A stretch of DNA of 32,000 nucleotides from Mycoplasmoides pneumoniae FH. GTDB lineage: Bacteria > Bacillota_I > Bacilli_A > Mycoplasmatales > Mycoplasmoidaceae. Under the pieces are notes generated by a model. It was not told where the DNA came from and did no database searches. It worked only from the letters and a program-made list of their open reading frames with translations. The position numbers and the translations under genes were made by a program. The stretch is from the NCBI RefSeq assembly GCF_001272835.1, contig NZ_CP010546.1, positions 482,809-514,808 of the forward strand. The letters are read 5' to 3'. Below, in pieces: positions 21,969-32,000 of this stretch; within the stretch, counting starts at the first letter, position 1, and every line of letters begins with the position of its first letter.

Positions 21969-22694
21969 TTACACTTCAAACTTCTTGTTGGCAATTTGTG
22001 CATACACCATTCGATCTTGACGGAACTGGTGGAATTTAACCTCACTGTTAAGCGTTCACAGCCCTAAAGGTAACTGCAAGCTCAACACCATGTCCGGGAA
22101 CTTTTCGTAAATGTTTGTTCAGGGATGGAGATACTGACACACTTGCTTAATTTTGAGTGCATCAACTGCTTGGAACTGCTTTTTCGTTCAAAACAAAAAG
22201 GCTATTTGGTAGTTGGGGTTAATGTCATACAAGCGCTGTAAGGAAGCAAAGTTAAACGAGGAGAACACTACCTTTTCAATTACTTTTTTGCCATACTGTT
22301 GGGCCAAAGCATCAATTTTAGCTTCAATTCCCGGGTATTCCTTTTGGTCAGTTTTAATTTCCACGTTAATTAGTTGAAATTTATCTAAGTACTGATCAAA
22401 GAACTCCTTTAAGGTCATAATCGGCTGGGGTTGCGTTTTGAACTTAAAGAAAGCACTGTGATCATCTTGCTTTAAACTAGCGAGTGTTTCCAGTTCGATT
22501 GTTTTGTCGACTAGCGCTGTTCTGGTGGTAGTTTCATCATGGATAATCACTAACTCCCCGTCCTTGGTCAAGTGCACATCTAACTCCACGCCATCAAAGC
22601 GATATTGGAACGCTAATTCAAACGCTAGCTGGGTGTTTTCAGGCGCAATATCACTGTACCCACGGTGTGCTAGCAGAAGTTGTCGTTTAAGCAT
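21969..22694 (-). CDS. glpQ: Glycerophosphodiester phosphodiesterase (241 aa)
   Basis: [54 protein letters not shown], canonical GDPD active-site block; ends FEV* (stop complement of TTA 21969-21971). Confidence 0.93.
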
Positions 22695-24114
22695 TGTCTA
22701 AGGTTCTCCAGCGGTAATCGGTTTTACCCAAGCGCTTTAACTCTCAAGTATTAACCAAAAAGACAATCGTACCACACAATAAACCAAACAGGGCTATTCC
22801 TAGACAAATAGCTGCAATAATTTGGTAACCCTGAATCGAGGTATTCTTCTGACCGTCTGGGGTATAAGCCTTACCCACGACACTTGTAACCGTGTAGAGC
22901 CAACCATCAGTCGAAAAACCAATAAAGGAAAGTAAACCAACACTAGAAGCATAGTTGTTTTTACCAATCTCTATTTCCGCTACCTGGTTGTACCTAACGG
23001 TTACCATACCCCAAGACAACACCCCGGTGAGAATGTAGAGGATCGCCGATACGATAATCAAGGCATAGTTTTGCTGTTGGCCCACTTGCCCAAAACCTAA
23101 GAGAATAAACATCAAGACAAAGATAATGCCAAGTCCTGTACACAACATTAAAAAGAGGATGTAGCTCCTAAACTTATCAGCTAACCTGCCCAAGTACACA
23201 CTTACAGCACTGCGCAAAACATACGTCCTTACACCACCCAGTACAGTCCCTAAGATCACTGGTGCCAAAAAGGCGTTTTGCATCATTTGTAAAAGATAAT
23301 AAGCAAACGTACTTTGAAAGACATACATTCCCATTAAAAAGAAGGACAAGAGTCACAACTTCCAGTTCTTTAAGGTAATGAGAATCTGTTCAAAGTTCTT
23401 TTTGGCAGTTTTTAAACTGGTATGACTGTCGTACTTTTCAATTGGTTTTTCTGGTACAAAGAACAGCACGGTAAACCCAGTAACGAGCAACATGCCACCA
23501 ATAATAAAGGCATAAATGGCAAACGGTGCGGGATTATTAGCACTACTTTCACCACCGGCTGGGTAAGCTACTGCTGTAATAATCAAGGCAATTAAGAAAA
23601 TAAAAATAAAACCCCAAACACCATTAGCAGCGCCCTGAATACCAAAACCCAATGCTTGGTTTTCCTGGGTTGCTTGTTGACTCGCTAACTTTCACAGTGG
23701 TGTTCAAAAGATTAAGGTCGAAGTAATACCCCAAAGCCCCCAAATAACACAGTACTGTACAAACAAGGCATTGGATTTTTGGCTTTCACGAGTAAGAATG
23801 TTAGTAGCTAGCCAAAAGGTAATTACACCCGTTGAAATTTCTGACAAGAACAATAGTTTCCGCGAACTAAACCGGTTCGCTAAAAAACCACCAGGTAACT
23901 GCGTGGCTAAGGTCACATAACCAATAATCGAGGTTAAGGTGGCCACTTCATCTTCAGTAATCCCTAAATACAGGTGCAAGTTAGGCACCACATTCTTAAT
24001 ATAGTACGGGGCCGCAATTACAAAAACATCAGCCGCACCGAGAATAATTAGTGCTATGAGCTGCTTTTTGGAAAACTGCTGCAACCGTTTCTTTAAACTA
24101 AGTTTCGTTTCCAT
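22687..24114 (-). CDS. glpU: Major facilitator superfamily transporter (475 aa), likely the glycerophosphodiester permease GlpU
   Basis: Merges 23704..24114, 23353..23652 and 22744..23349; multiple TM segments; 8-nt overlap with glpQ; recalled assignment of this M. pneumoniae locus as GlpU. Confidence 0.75.
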
Positions 24115-24244
24115 TGTGACACAACGAAATTACGCCATTATTTTAGTGGTAATTATGGGGTTAATCCGGTTAGCTTGCCAAAAAATAAATTAGAAAAACG
24201 TTTTTGGCATACATTTATTGCAAAAAGTGAGAGGAAAACCGTAT

Positions 24245-25357
24245 TTAGATTTGGCTAGCGGTAATGATACCACTCCCCAAACAAATGCCATTCTGGGTAT
24301 ACAAAACACCATACTGACCGTTGGTAACGCGGTCAATTGGTTGATCTAGTTGTACTTGCACGACGTTGTTTGGTTGTACTGTTATGTGCCCTTGCACTAA
24401 CGGTTGGGCATGGCGAATCCGTACCAGAACGGTTTGGGTCAATGGATTGGGTTGGTACAACCAGTTAAAGTGGGAAAGGGTAATGCCACGACGCTGTAAA
24501 TCTTCTGGGTCACTCGAGACATACAAGGTGTTTGTTTTTAAGTCCTTTTCAACGACAAAGTTCCGTGCTGCTTGCCCACCTAAATTTAAGCCACTGCGCT
24601 GCCCAGTGGTGTAAAATCACACCCCTTCATGACTGCCTAGTTGGCGCTGCGTTTTTCAATCATAAATAACCCCCGGTTTGACTGGTAAATAATTCTTTAA
24701 GAAGTCACTAAAGTGGCGTTCCCCAATAAAGCAAATGCCGGTTGAGTCCTTTTTAGTAGCCACACTAAAGTGGTGTGCTAACGCTATTTGCCGCACCTCC
24801 GTTTTCAGTAAATGCGCCAAGGGAAACACCACGTCTTGTAGTTGCGCTGGTTTGACATGCGCTAAAAAATAGGTTTGGTCCTTGTGCTTGTCTTTGGGAA
24901 TGGCCAGTAAAGGTTGGTTGTTGTCCCAGCTAAGTGCCGCATAATGCCCTGTAGCAAAGTCACTGTTGGGATCTAACTGCTTGCAGTAATCACGCATTAG
25001 CCCAAATTTAATTAAACGGTTACACAACATGTCGGGGTTAGGGGTTAACCCGTTTTTAAAGGCATCAATGGTAGGGAGAAATACCTGCTTTCAGTACGGT
25101 TCCACCAGGTTTTGCTTAATTAGTTTGATTCCTAGTAATTGGGCAATTGCTTGCGCTTCGCGAAAATCTTCTTTGGACGAACAACCCGACTTATGCTCGT
25201 TAAAGGCGCGGTGACCTAACTGGTCGTTATTTAGTGTATTGTCCCAGCACTCCATAAAAATGCCAATCACTTCGCGGTACTGTTGCTTTAAAAGGAGCGC
25301 ACTCACAGCTGAGTCCACTCCACCTGATATTCCGACAAAAACGGTTTTATTTTGCAT
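24245..25357 (-). CDS. mnmA: tRNA-specific 2-thiouridylase (370 aa)
   Basis: MQNKTVFVGISGGVDSAVSALLLK...GHYAAL...CFIGERHFSDFLKNYLP, typical MnmA/TrmU. Confidence 0.95.
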
Positions 25358-25747
25358 CTAGTAAACTGTTAAAACACCAAAGCGCTTACCCAACTGCTGG
25401 TGGTAACGCCCGACATCAACACCCTTAGTTATGGCCAGCGCTGAAATAAATAAGGTTAACGCTTCATAAAAGCTCTGACAACAACTTTTGACATCACCTT
25501 TAGGATTGTCCACTAAAACAGCTAACAAATCCAGTTGTTTGACCACTTCACTACTAATAAAAAAGGCGTCACTGAGCATCGGTTTTAAAAAGAAGGACTG
25601 ATCATCATAATCATCATCTTCATAAATTAACAGGGTACTCTGTTCGCGTTCCAAACAACGATTAAAGTTTTGGCGAAAGGTCTCAAAATCAACTTTTTCA
25701 AACTCAGTTTGCACAAACTGCTTCAAGGCTAAAAGTTGTGGTTTCAT
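25358..25747 (-). CDS. Conserved hypothetical mycoplasma protein (129 aa)
   Basis: Complete ORF abutting mnmA and overlapping the upstream gene via TAATG. Confidence 0.75.
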   Translation of the reverse strand: MKPQLLALKQFVQTEFEKVDFETFRQNFNRCLEREQSTLLIYEDDDYDDQSFFLKPMLSDAFFISSEVVKQLDLLAVLVDNPKGDVKSCCQSFYEALTLFISALAITKGVDVGRYHQQLGKRFGVLTVY

Positions 25748-26055
25748 TACCTTAGTTTAATAAGTTGCTCGCGTAATTGGGGATCTGTTATTTTTTCGTA
25801 CAACTTTAAACGGAGCTGTTGCTTTTTAAACAACTGCAATTTCGCTTCAAAACGGTTAAAGATCAGGTTGCAGGTTTTGATGTGTTGGTGGATTGAACTT
25901 TTCTTAACTTGGTATTTATCAGCAATCTCTTGCATGCTCAAATCCAGGTTAATGTACTCGTTAAAGTAACACGCTTGCCGTTTGGTTAAAAGTTCCCCGT
26001 AAATATCAAATAGTTGCTGTTGCTTTAAACGCTGGTTAAGTTTGGTTTGGTTCAT
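25747..26055 (-). CDS. ylxM: UPF0122 / YlxM-like helix-turn-helix protein (102 aa)
   Basis: LLTKRQACYFNEYINLDLSMQEIADKYQVKKSSIHQHIK, YlxM-like HTH; adjacent to ftsY. Confidence 0.8.
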   Translation of the reverse strand: MNQTKLNQRLKQQQLFDIYGELLTKRQACYFNEYINLDLSMQEIADKYQVKKSSIHQHIKTCNLIFNRFEAKLQLFKKQQLRLKLYEKITDPQLREQLIKLR

Positions 26056-27082
26056 GGTTGAGGCTTAAATTCTTGGTAAGACCCAGTACATATTGCTCTA
26101 AATCAAAGGCCGCTAAATCAGCAGTTGTTTCTCCAAAACCAATCAGTTTTACCGGTAAGTTAAACAGGTCTTTAATCGCTAGGATAATCCCACCCTTAGA
26201 GGAGCTGTCCATTTTGGTAAGGATAATCCCGGTAAGCTCGGTAAATTCATTAAAGACCTTGGCCTGTGCTAACCCCGATTGTCCGGTAGTACCATCTAAA
26301 ACGAGCAGTGTTTCTTGGGGTTTAGCGCTACTCACCTTCTGGACAATTTGGTAAATCTTTTTCAACTCATTCATTAAGTTGGTTTTGTTTTGCAACCGTC
26401 CCGAGGTGTCACACAACACAAAGTCGTATTCGTTTTGAATGCCTTGTTGCACCCCACGGAAGATCACCGCTGGCGTTTCCTCTTTGGGATTGGGTAAAAC
26501 AATGTCACAACCTATGCGCTGCGCTCATTCTGCTAACTGGGCCACTGCCCCAGCGCGAAAGGTATCCCCAGCGACCATTAACACCCGTTTGTTTTGCTTG
26601 GTAAGCTGGTCAGCTAGTTTGGCTAATGAAGTTGTTTTGCCAACACCATTAACCCCGACAAACAAATACACGTTGGTTTTATTAGCTTCAACCGTTAAAT
26701 CAGTTTCAAACAACTTATCTTGGATATAGTAAACAATTAACTTATCGACAATAATTTCCTGGATTAACTGAGGATCACTCACTCGTTGTAGTTTGAGTTC
26801 TTGGACAATCGCATCACAGATTTTAGTAGCCGCATGGTAACCAATATCAAGCAACACTAACTCCTCAAACAAACTTTCTTGAAACTGTTCGTTAACCGTT
26901 ACATAGTTAGCTGCTAGTTTATTAATGGTATTGGCAAAGCTGTTAGCCGACTTGTTTAAACCCTGGTAATAGCTCTTTTGGTTGGCTTGAAAGAAGCTCT
27001 TTTCCTGGACAGCTTGTTGCACTTGGTCGACCAGTTTCTTTTTCGGTTTAAACTTCTGGATTAGCTTGTGGATAAAACTCAT
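26036..27082 (-). CDS. ftsY: Signal recognition particle receptor FtsY (348 aa)
   Basis: GVNGVGKTTSLAKLA, VAGDTFRAGAVAQL, CDTSGRLQNKTNLMNEL, ILTKMDSSSKGG GTPase motifs. Confidence 0.95.
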
Positions 27083-27087
27083 AACAA

Positions 27088-30036
27088 TTAGTTCTGCTTA
27101 TCTTTACTAATGTACTGCTCTGCTTTTTCCAAAGAAACGGCAAACGTCTTGGTCACTCCCTTGGTCTGCATTGCCGCTCCCAGTAACATGTCACACTTCA
27201 TCATCGTGCCCTGACGGTGGGTAATAATTAAGAACTGGGTGTTGTTACTGGAATTGCCAATAATGTTAGCAAAGCGCTCCACGTTCGCCGGATCTAAGGC
27301 ACTCTCCGCTTCATCTAAAATTACTAGAGGAAAGGCACTAACTCTCAAAATACTAAAGAGGACCGACAAGGCCACGAGTGTTTTCTCCCCACCCGATAAC
27401 AACATTAAGTTAGCGACATTTTTGCCAGGCGGATTAGCAAACACTTCTATGCCTGACAACAAGACGTTATCAGTATCCGTGTAGCGAATTTGACACGAAC
27501 CACCGCCAAAGAGGTAGTTAAAGGTTTTAGGTAGTTCTGCATTAACTTTTTGGATGAGCTCGTCAAATTCCTTGCAGGCCAATTCATCAATTTCACCAAT
27601 CGCGGTTTGCAAATCCTTAATCGCCGTTTGCAGTGATTCATACTCACCGTTAATGTCATCAAAGCGCTTTTGCTTATCAGCAATTTCAGCAATCGACTCC
27701 AGGTTAATTGGACCCATTTCATCGAGTTGGCTCTGCATCCTGGCAATCTTGTTTTGCGCTTGCATGGTGGAGAGCTTAATTGGTTTGTTATAGTTAGCGA
27801 TCGCAAACTCCATCGTTAGTTTATACCCACCGTTAATCTTGTCGGTAATGTTGTGGATTGTGTTTTCAAAGCGGATTTTGCCTTCGCGTGCCAACACTAA
27901 CTGGGAGCGTTGTTCATCTAAAAGGGCACGGAGGTCAGCGGTTTTGGCTTCGGCTAGTTTAATCGATTTGGCCAGTGTTTCTTTCAATTCCTGGTTGAGC
28001 TTTAACTGTGAATTGAGTTCGTCACGTTCAGCCCAAGCACGGTTTAATGATTCAACCAATCTGGTTTCATCAAAGCTGTGCGGGGTTCCGTCAAAGCTTT
28101 CGTTGGTGAGCTGCTCATACTCAATCTTATAGCTCAAAATTGCCTTATTGGTGTGGTTAACACGTTCGTTAAACTTTTCCAGTAGGATTTCTTCGTACTT
28201 TAACTTTTTGTTGAGCTCGTTGAGTTTAGTCTCTAAGCTAGTGAGATTGGTACGTAGTTGCTTTTCGTTATGTTCTAGTTGGGTAATGTTAGCTTCACTA
28301 GAAGCTAACTTTTCCTGGAGGTTATACAAGCTTAAGTTGTCCTTGACATAACCACCCTGGATAATCCCTCCAGCGTACACCGTTTCCCCGTTGAGGGTGA
28401 CAACGCGGTACAGCTTATAGGTATAACTGGACAGTTTTAAAGCGGCTTGAAGGTCACTGGCAATAATTACTTGACCCAATAAAGCATTAACAATTGGTTG
28501 TAACCTTTCATCACAACTCACATGGTCACTACCAACACCCAAAAAGCCATCGAGTTGTTGCAAAATTTCCATGTGCTCGGGAACTATCTTAGTATCAAAG
28601 GCAATGTCGTCAATTGGTAAAAAGGTAACTTGACCAATCTGGTTAGTTAACAAAAAATCAATTGCCTTTAAAGCCGCCAAGTTGTTGTTAACAACCAGAT
28701 AACCAATTGATTTACCCAACGCCTTTAACAAGGCCTTTTCGTACTGCTTTTCAAACTTTAAAAAAGTGTTGAGCGTGTTTAAGAGACCGGTGAGGGCCTT
28801 GACATTTTTGACCAAAACATGGGCCGGATTCGTTTTGACCCACTCCTCGTTTTGCGCTTTTAAAAACTCTTGCTGCGCTTGTTGGTAGACTAACGCCGCA
28901 CTGTTTTGGTTAAGATTCAACTTTGTGGTGTCCAACTCAGTTTGGACGGTGCTCAACTCATTGGTTAACAGGGTAATTTCACTGGTTGTTTTGAGTACTT
29001 GCGCTTGTAAGCTTTCTAGTTGCGCTTGGTCTACCCGGATTAACTTTTTTAACGCCTGGATTTTGTGCTTTTCGTCCTTTTTGGACAACTCGTTTTTGAG
29101 CTGCACATCAATCACGGCCTTGCGTTGTTCCAACTCGTTAATCGTTTGGTAGACCGCTTGCAGTTCTTGTTGTAGTTTGATGGACTGTTCATCAGCATCA
29201 CGAAAGCGCTGGTTAAAGATGTTGAGCTGGTCTTCTAGCAGTTGTAACTGCGGTTCGTGTAGTTTAAAGTCCTGTTCGATGTAACCAATTTGGTGGTTAA
29301 AGCGGTCTAACTCACCCTGGGACTTGAGGTAATCTGCGACCAAGACACTCAGCTCCAGCTCCTTTAATTCTTCCTTAAGTTTGACAAAGCGCTGGGCCTT
29401 GTCCGCTTGAATGGTAAGCTTCTTTAAGTCCTTTTTGAGTTCATTTAAAACAATGCTGACCTGTTTGAGATTTTGCACGGTACGCGCTAATTGGTTGGTA
29501 ACCTCTTCTTTGCGCTTAGTGTACCGCCCAATCCCCGAAGCGTCCTCAAAGATCTTACGTCGCTCCTCTGGTTTGGCTTCCACAAATCACGACACACTGC
29601 CCTGGGAAATAATCCCCAACGAGCCTTTTTCCAAACCAATATCAGCAAAGATCCCACTAATTTCTTTTAGCGTTACTAACTCGCCGTTAATATAGTACTC
29701 ACTCTGACCACTACCACGATAGATCCGGCGCATCACCGAGATCTCTGGTCGGGGATCGTGCAGTAGTTTTTGGGAATTGTCAAAGGTCAGTTCCACTTCC
29801 GCTAGCTTACTAGCGGGCTTGTCCTTAGAACCAAAGAAGATCATATCATCACCGGACTTACTGCGCAAGTGCTTCATGCTGCGTTCCCCTAAGACCCACT
29901 TCAAAGCATCGACAACGTTGGACTTGCCAGAACCATTAGGACCGACTATACCGGTCATTGAGTGGGTAAAATTAATTGTTATTTCGTCAGCATATGACTT
30001 AAAACCATACGCACGAAACCGTTTGAGAAAAACCAT
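27088..30036 (-). CDS. smc: Chromosome segregation SMC ATPase (982 aa)
   Basis: GPNGSGKSNVVDALKWVLGE N-term and LLSGGEKTLVALSVLFSILRVSAFPLVILDEAESALDPAN C-term; two track ORFs join across one UGA. Confidence 0.97.
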
Positions 30037-30220
30037 TTAAATCAGGTTAGATTTTGCAATAGTGCATTACTAGATTATACTAGTTGGCTTTAAGGAAAGG
30101 TTTAGCGCCCCTCAACTAGTTGCACCAACCACTTGTCTTTGGCAAACTAGTACTTGTAATACTTACTTACAATCTAACTATCATGAGCGGTTCAGTTAAA
30201 AAAATTAAGCTTAATTAAGT

Positions 30221-31093
30221 ATGACAAAGACAAGTAAAGCATCCGGGTTAAGCTGGTTTTTTTGTGATTTAGATGGCACTTTACTGCGTTACCAAAACAA
30301 CCAGCACTTAATTGAACCAACTACGAAGCGAGCAGTGGCACAGTTAGTGGAGAGTGGTGCCAACTTTGTTGTAGCTACTGGACGCAAACCGAGTGACGTG
30401 CGCAACATTTACAAGGAGTTGGGGATTGAACAAGCCAGTCCCTACTTAATTGCCAACAACGGCGCGGTAGTGTGGGATTTAAAGCGCAATAGCTACCTCA
30501 ACAAGCAAACCTTGTCTTTAAGTGACTTTGACTTAATTGACCACATTAACCAAACGTTAAACCAATTAAACCACGAGTATGGCTGCATTCTGTATGGCCT
30601 CAACGACCAGGTGTACTTTTATCATATCCACGCTCCTGACTCACAGGCCTTCAAACAGTACTTTGCTTTTTATGAAGGCGAATTTGTCCAAAACCAGTAT
30701 CTGGAAATAGATGGGCTCAAAACTGAATACAATCTAGTTAAAGCCATTTGGTTTTTTAAGGAAGTGCACCAGCAAAAGGCGGTGATTGCGCAACACTTTA
30801 CTAACCAAGAACGCTTGGTCATTACTTCAGCACACTCGTTTGAACTAGTACCGCTTAATGTATCAAAGGGTCATGCGATAAACCTAATTAAACAACAAGT
30901 AAAAATCACCGATAACCAGATTATGGTCCTCGGTGACTCTTACAATGACTTGCCAATGTTTCAACATGGTGTAGTTAAGGTAACTAATCACCTCGCACCC
31001 GACAACCTCAAACAACTAGCTACAAGGGTTTATGACCTACCAGCTTCACTGTTTGTGGGTCAAGCGTTGAACGACTACTTTAAGTTCGATTAA
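30221..31093 (+). CDS. HAD superfamily (Cof/YidA-type) phosphatase (290 aa)
   Basis: FFCDLDGTLL and VLGDSYNDLPMFQHGVVKVTNH motifs. Confidence 0.9.
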   Translation: MTKTSKASGLSWFFCDLDGTLLRYQNNQHLIEPTTKRAVAQLVESGANFVVATGRKPSDVRNIYKELGIEQASPYLIANNGAVVWDLKRNSYLNKQTLSLSDFDLIDHINQTLNQLNHEYGCILYGLNDQVYFYHIHAPDSQAFKQYFAFYEGEFVQNQYLEIDGLKTEYNLVKAIWFFKEVHQQKAVIAQHFTNQERLVITSAHSFELVPLNVSKGHAINLIKQQVKITDNQIMVLGDSYNDLPMFQHGVVKVTNHLAPDNLKQLATRVYDLPASLFVGQALNDYFKFD

Positions 31094-31098
31094 CTTAT

Positions 31099-32000
31099 TT
31101 ATTTAAGTGTTTGCGCTGCGGTAATAATGCCCACGTTAAAGACATCACTGACACTGGCACCACGGGAAAGGTCGTTAAAAGGACGTGCTAGACCTAAAAC
31201 AATTGGACCAATTGCTTCATAACCACCTAAACGTTGCGCAATCTTGTATCCAATGTTACCAGCATCTAGGTTCGGGAACACATAGATGTTAGCTGATCCA
31301 TTCCAAGTCAAATTAGGGGCTTTTTGTTTGCGTACCTTTTCCACAAAAGCACTGTCAAACTGTAATTCACCACAAACATTAGCTTTGAGTTCGGGGTGTT
31401 TTTCCAAGAAGATTTGGGTCGCACTGACTACTTTGTCCACCGCTTCCCCTTTACCACTGCCCAGTGTTGAATAGCTCAAAAAGACCATCTTGAGTTCTGG
31501 TTCCCCCATACTTTGGGCAAACTTAAAGGTGTTTTCCGCTACAACTGCTAATTCTTGGGGTGAAGGGTAAACAGCAAAAGCACAGTCGGTAAAGTACAAG
31601 CGTTCCTCATTCTTTTCCATGATGAACACACTCGACACAAAGTTACCAGTACCTAACAGTTGTAAAGCAGGACGGAGAGTATCCTTCGTAGCGTATTCCT
31701 TACCACACACTTCCCCATCCACTTCGTTGAGTGCTACTAAAGTGGCTGCTAGGGAACTGGCATCACGGACAAACTTTTGTGCTTCACGCATTTCCATGCC
31801 CTTGTGCTTGCGCTTTTCATAAACGAAGTTAGCGTACTTTGTCAAGTCCATTTCCTCAATCACATAGTGCTTGATGGCGGTGTTAAAACCAGCTGGTACT
31901 TCACTGCGGGTGCGGAAGATCACCGCTGGGGTTAAAATACCCGCTTGCTGGAGCTGGTTAACTGCTTCCATTACGGTTGGCGATCAACCTTCAGGGAAAA
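31099..32000 (-). CDS. pta: Phosphate acetyltransferase, 5' end truncated by window edge
   Basis: GKEYATKDTLRPALQLLG..., SSVFIM, LPNLDAGNIGYKIAQRLGGYEAIGPIVLGLARPFNDLSRGASVSDVF, canonical Pta. Confidence 0.95.

Noticed and set aside
26058-30040. Numerous plus-strand ORFs antisense to ftsY and smc (e.g. 26058..26354, 26439..26729, 27239..27484, 29411..29695)
   Set aside because: They mirror well-supported conserved genes on the minus strand; antisense ORFs arise from codon bias when TGA is included and have no family resemblance.

Overview
The window is Mycoplasma pneumoniae (or near-identical) chromosome. It uses genetic code 4 (UGA=Trp), so most of the supplied ORF fragments are pieces of longer genes that join in frame across TGA. 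Left flank: 3' end of proS, three small conserved mycoplasma ORFs (one with an apparent frameshift at an A5 tract), acpP, and tRNA-Trp(UCA) overlapping the acpP stop codon. Middle, about 3.0-15.2 kb, is an accessory island: a large secreted or anchored SGNH/GDSL esterase-like protein, an MG185/MG260-like lipoprotein, a GC-rich P1-adhesin-like cassette (RepMP2/3), a DUF16/UPF0134 coiled-coil protein, an inverted lipoprotein gene, and further GC-rich P1-like (RepMP4) and P40/P90(MgpC)-like (RepMP5) cassettes. Right part: p37 / ABC ATPase / two-domain permease operon (+), then a long minus-strand run (smc, ftsY, UPF0122 gene, small hypothetical, mnmA, MFS transporter, glpQ, alaS, ruvX), a HAD/Cof hydrolase (+) and partial pta (-). 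I did not find a new defence or CRISPR-type system. The most interesting material is the split, apparently silent adhesin-variation cassettes and their junctions, the frameshift candidate, and the tRNA/acpP overlap. Homology calls are from recognition of protein sequence; no database search was run.
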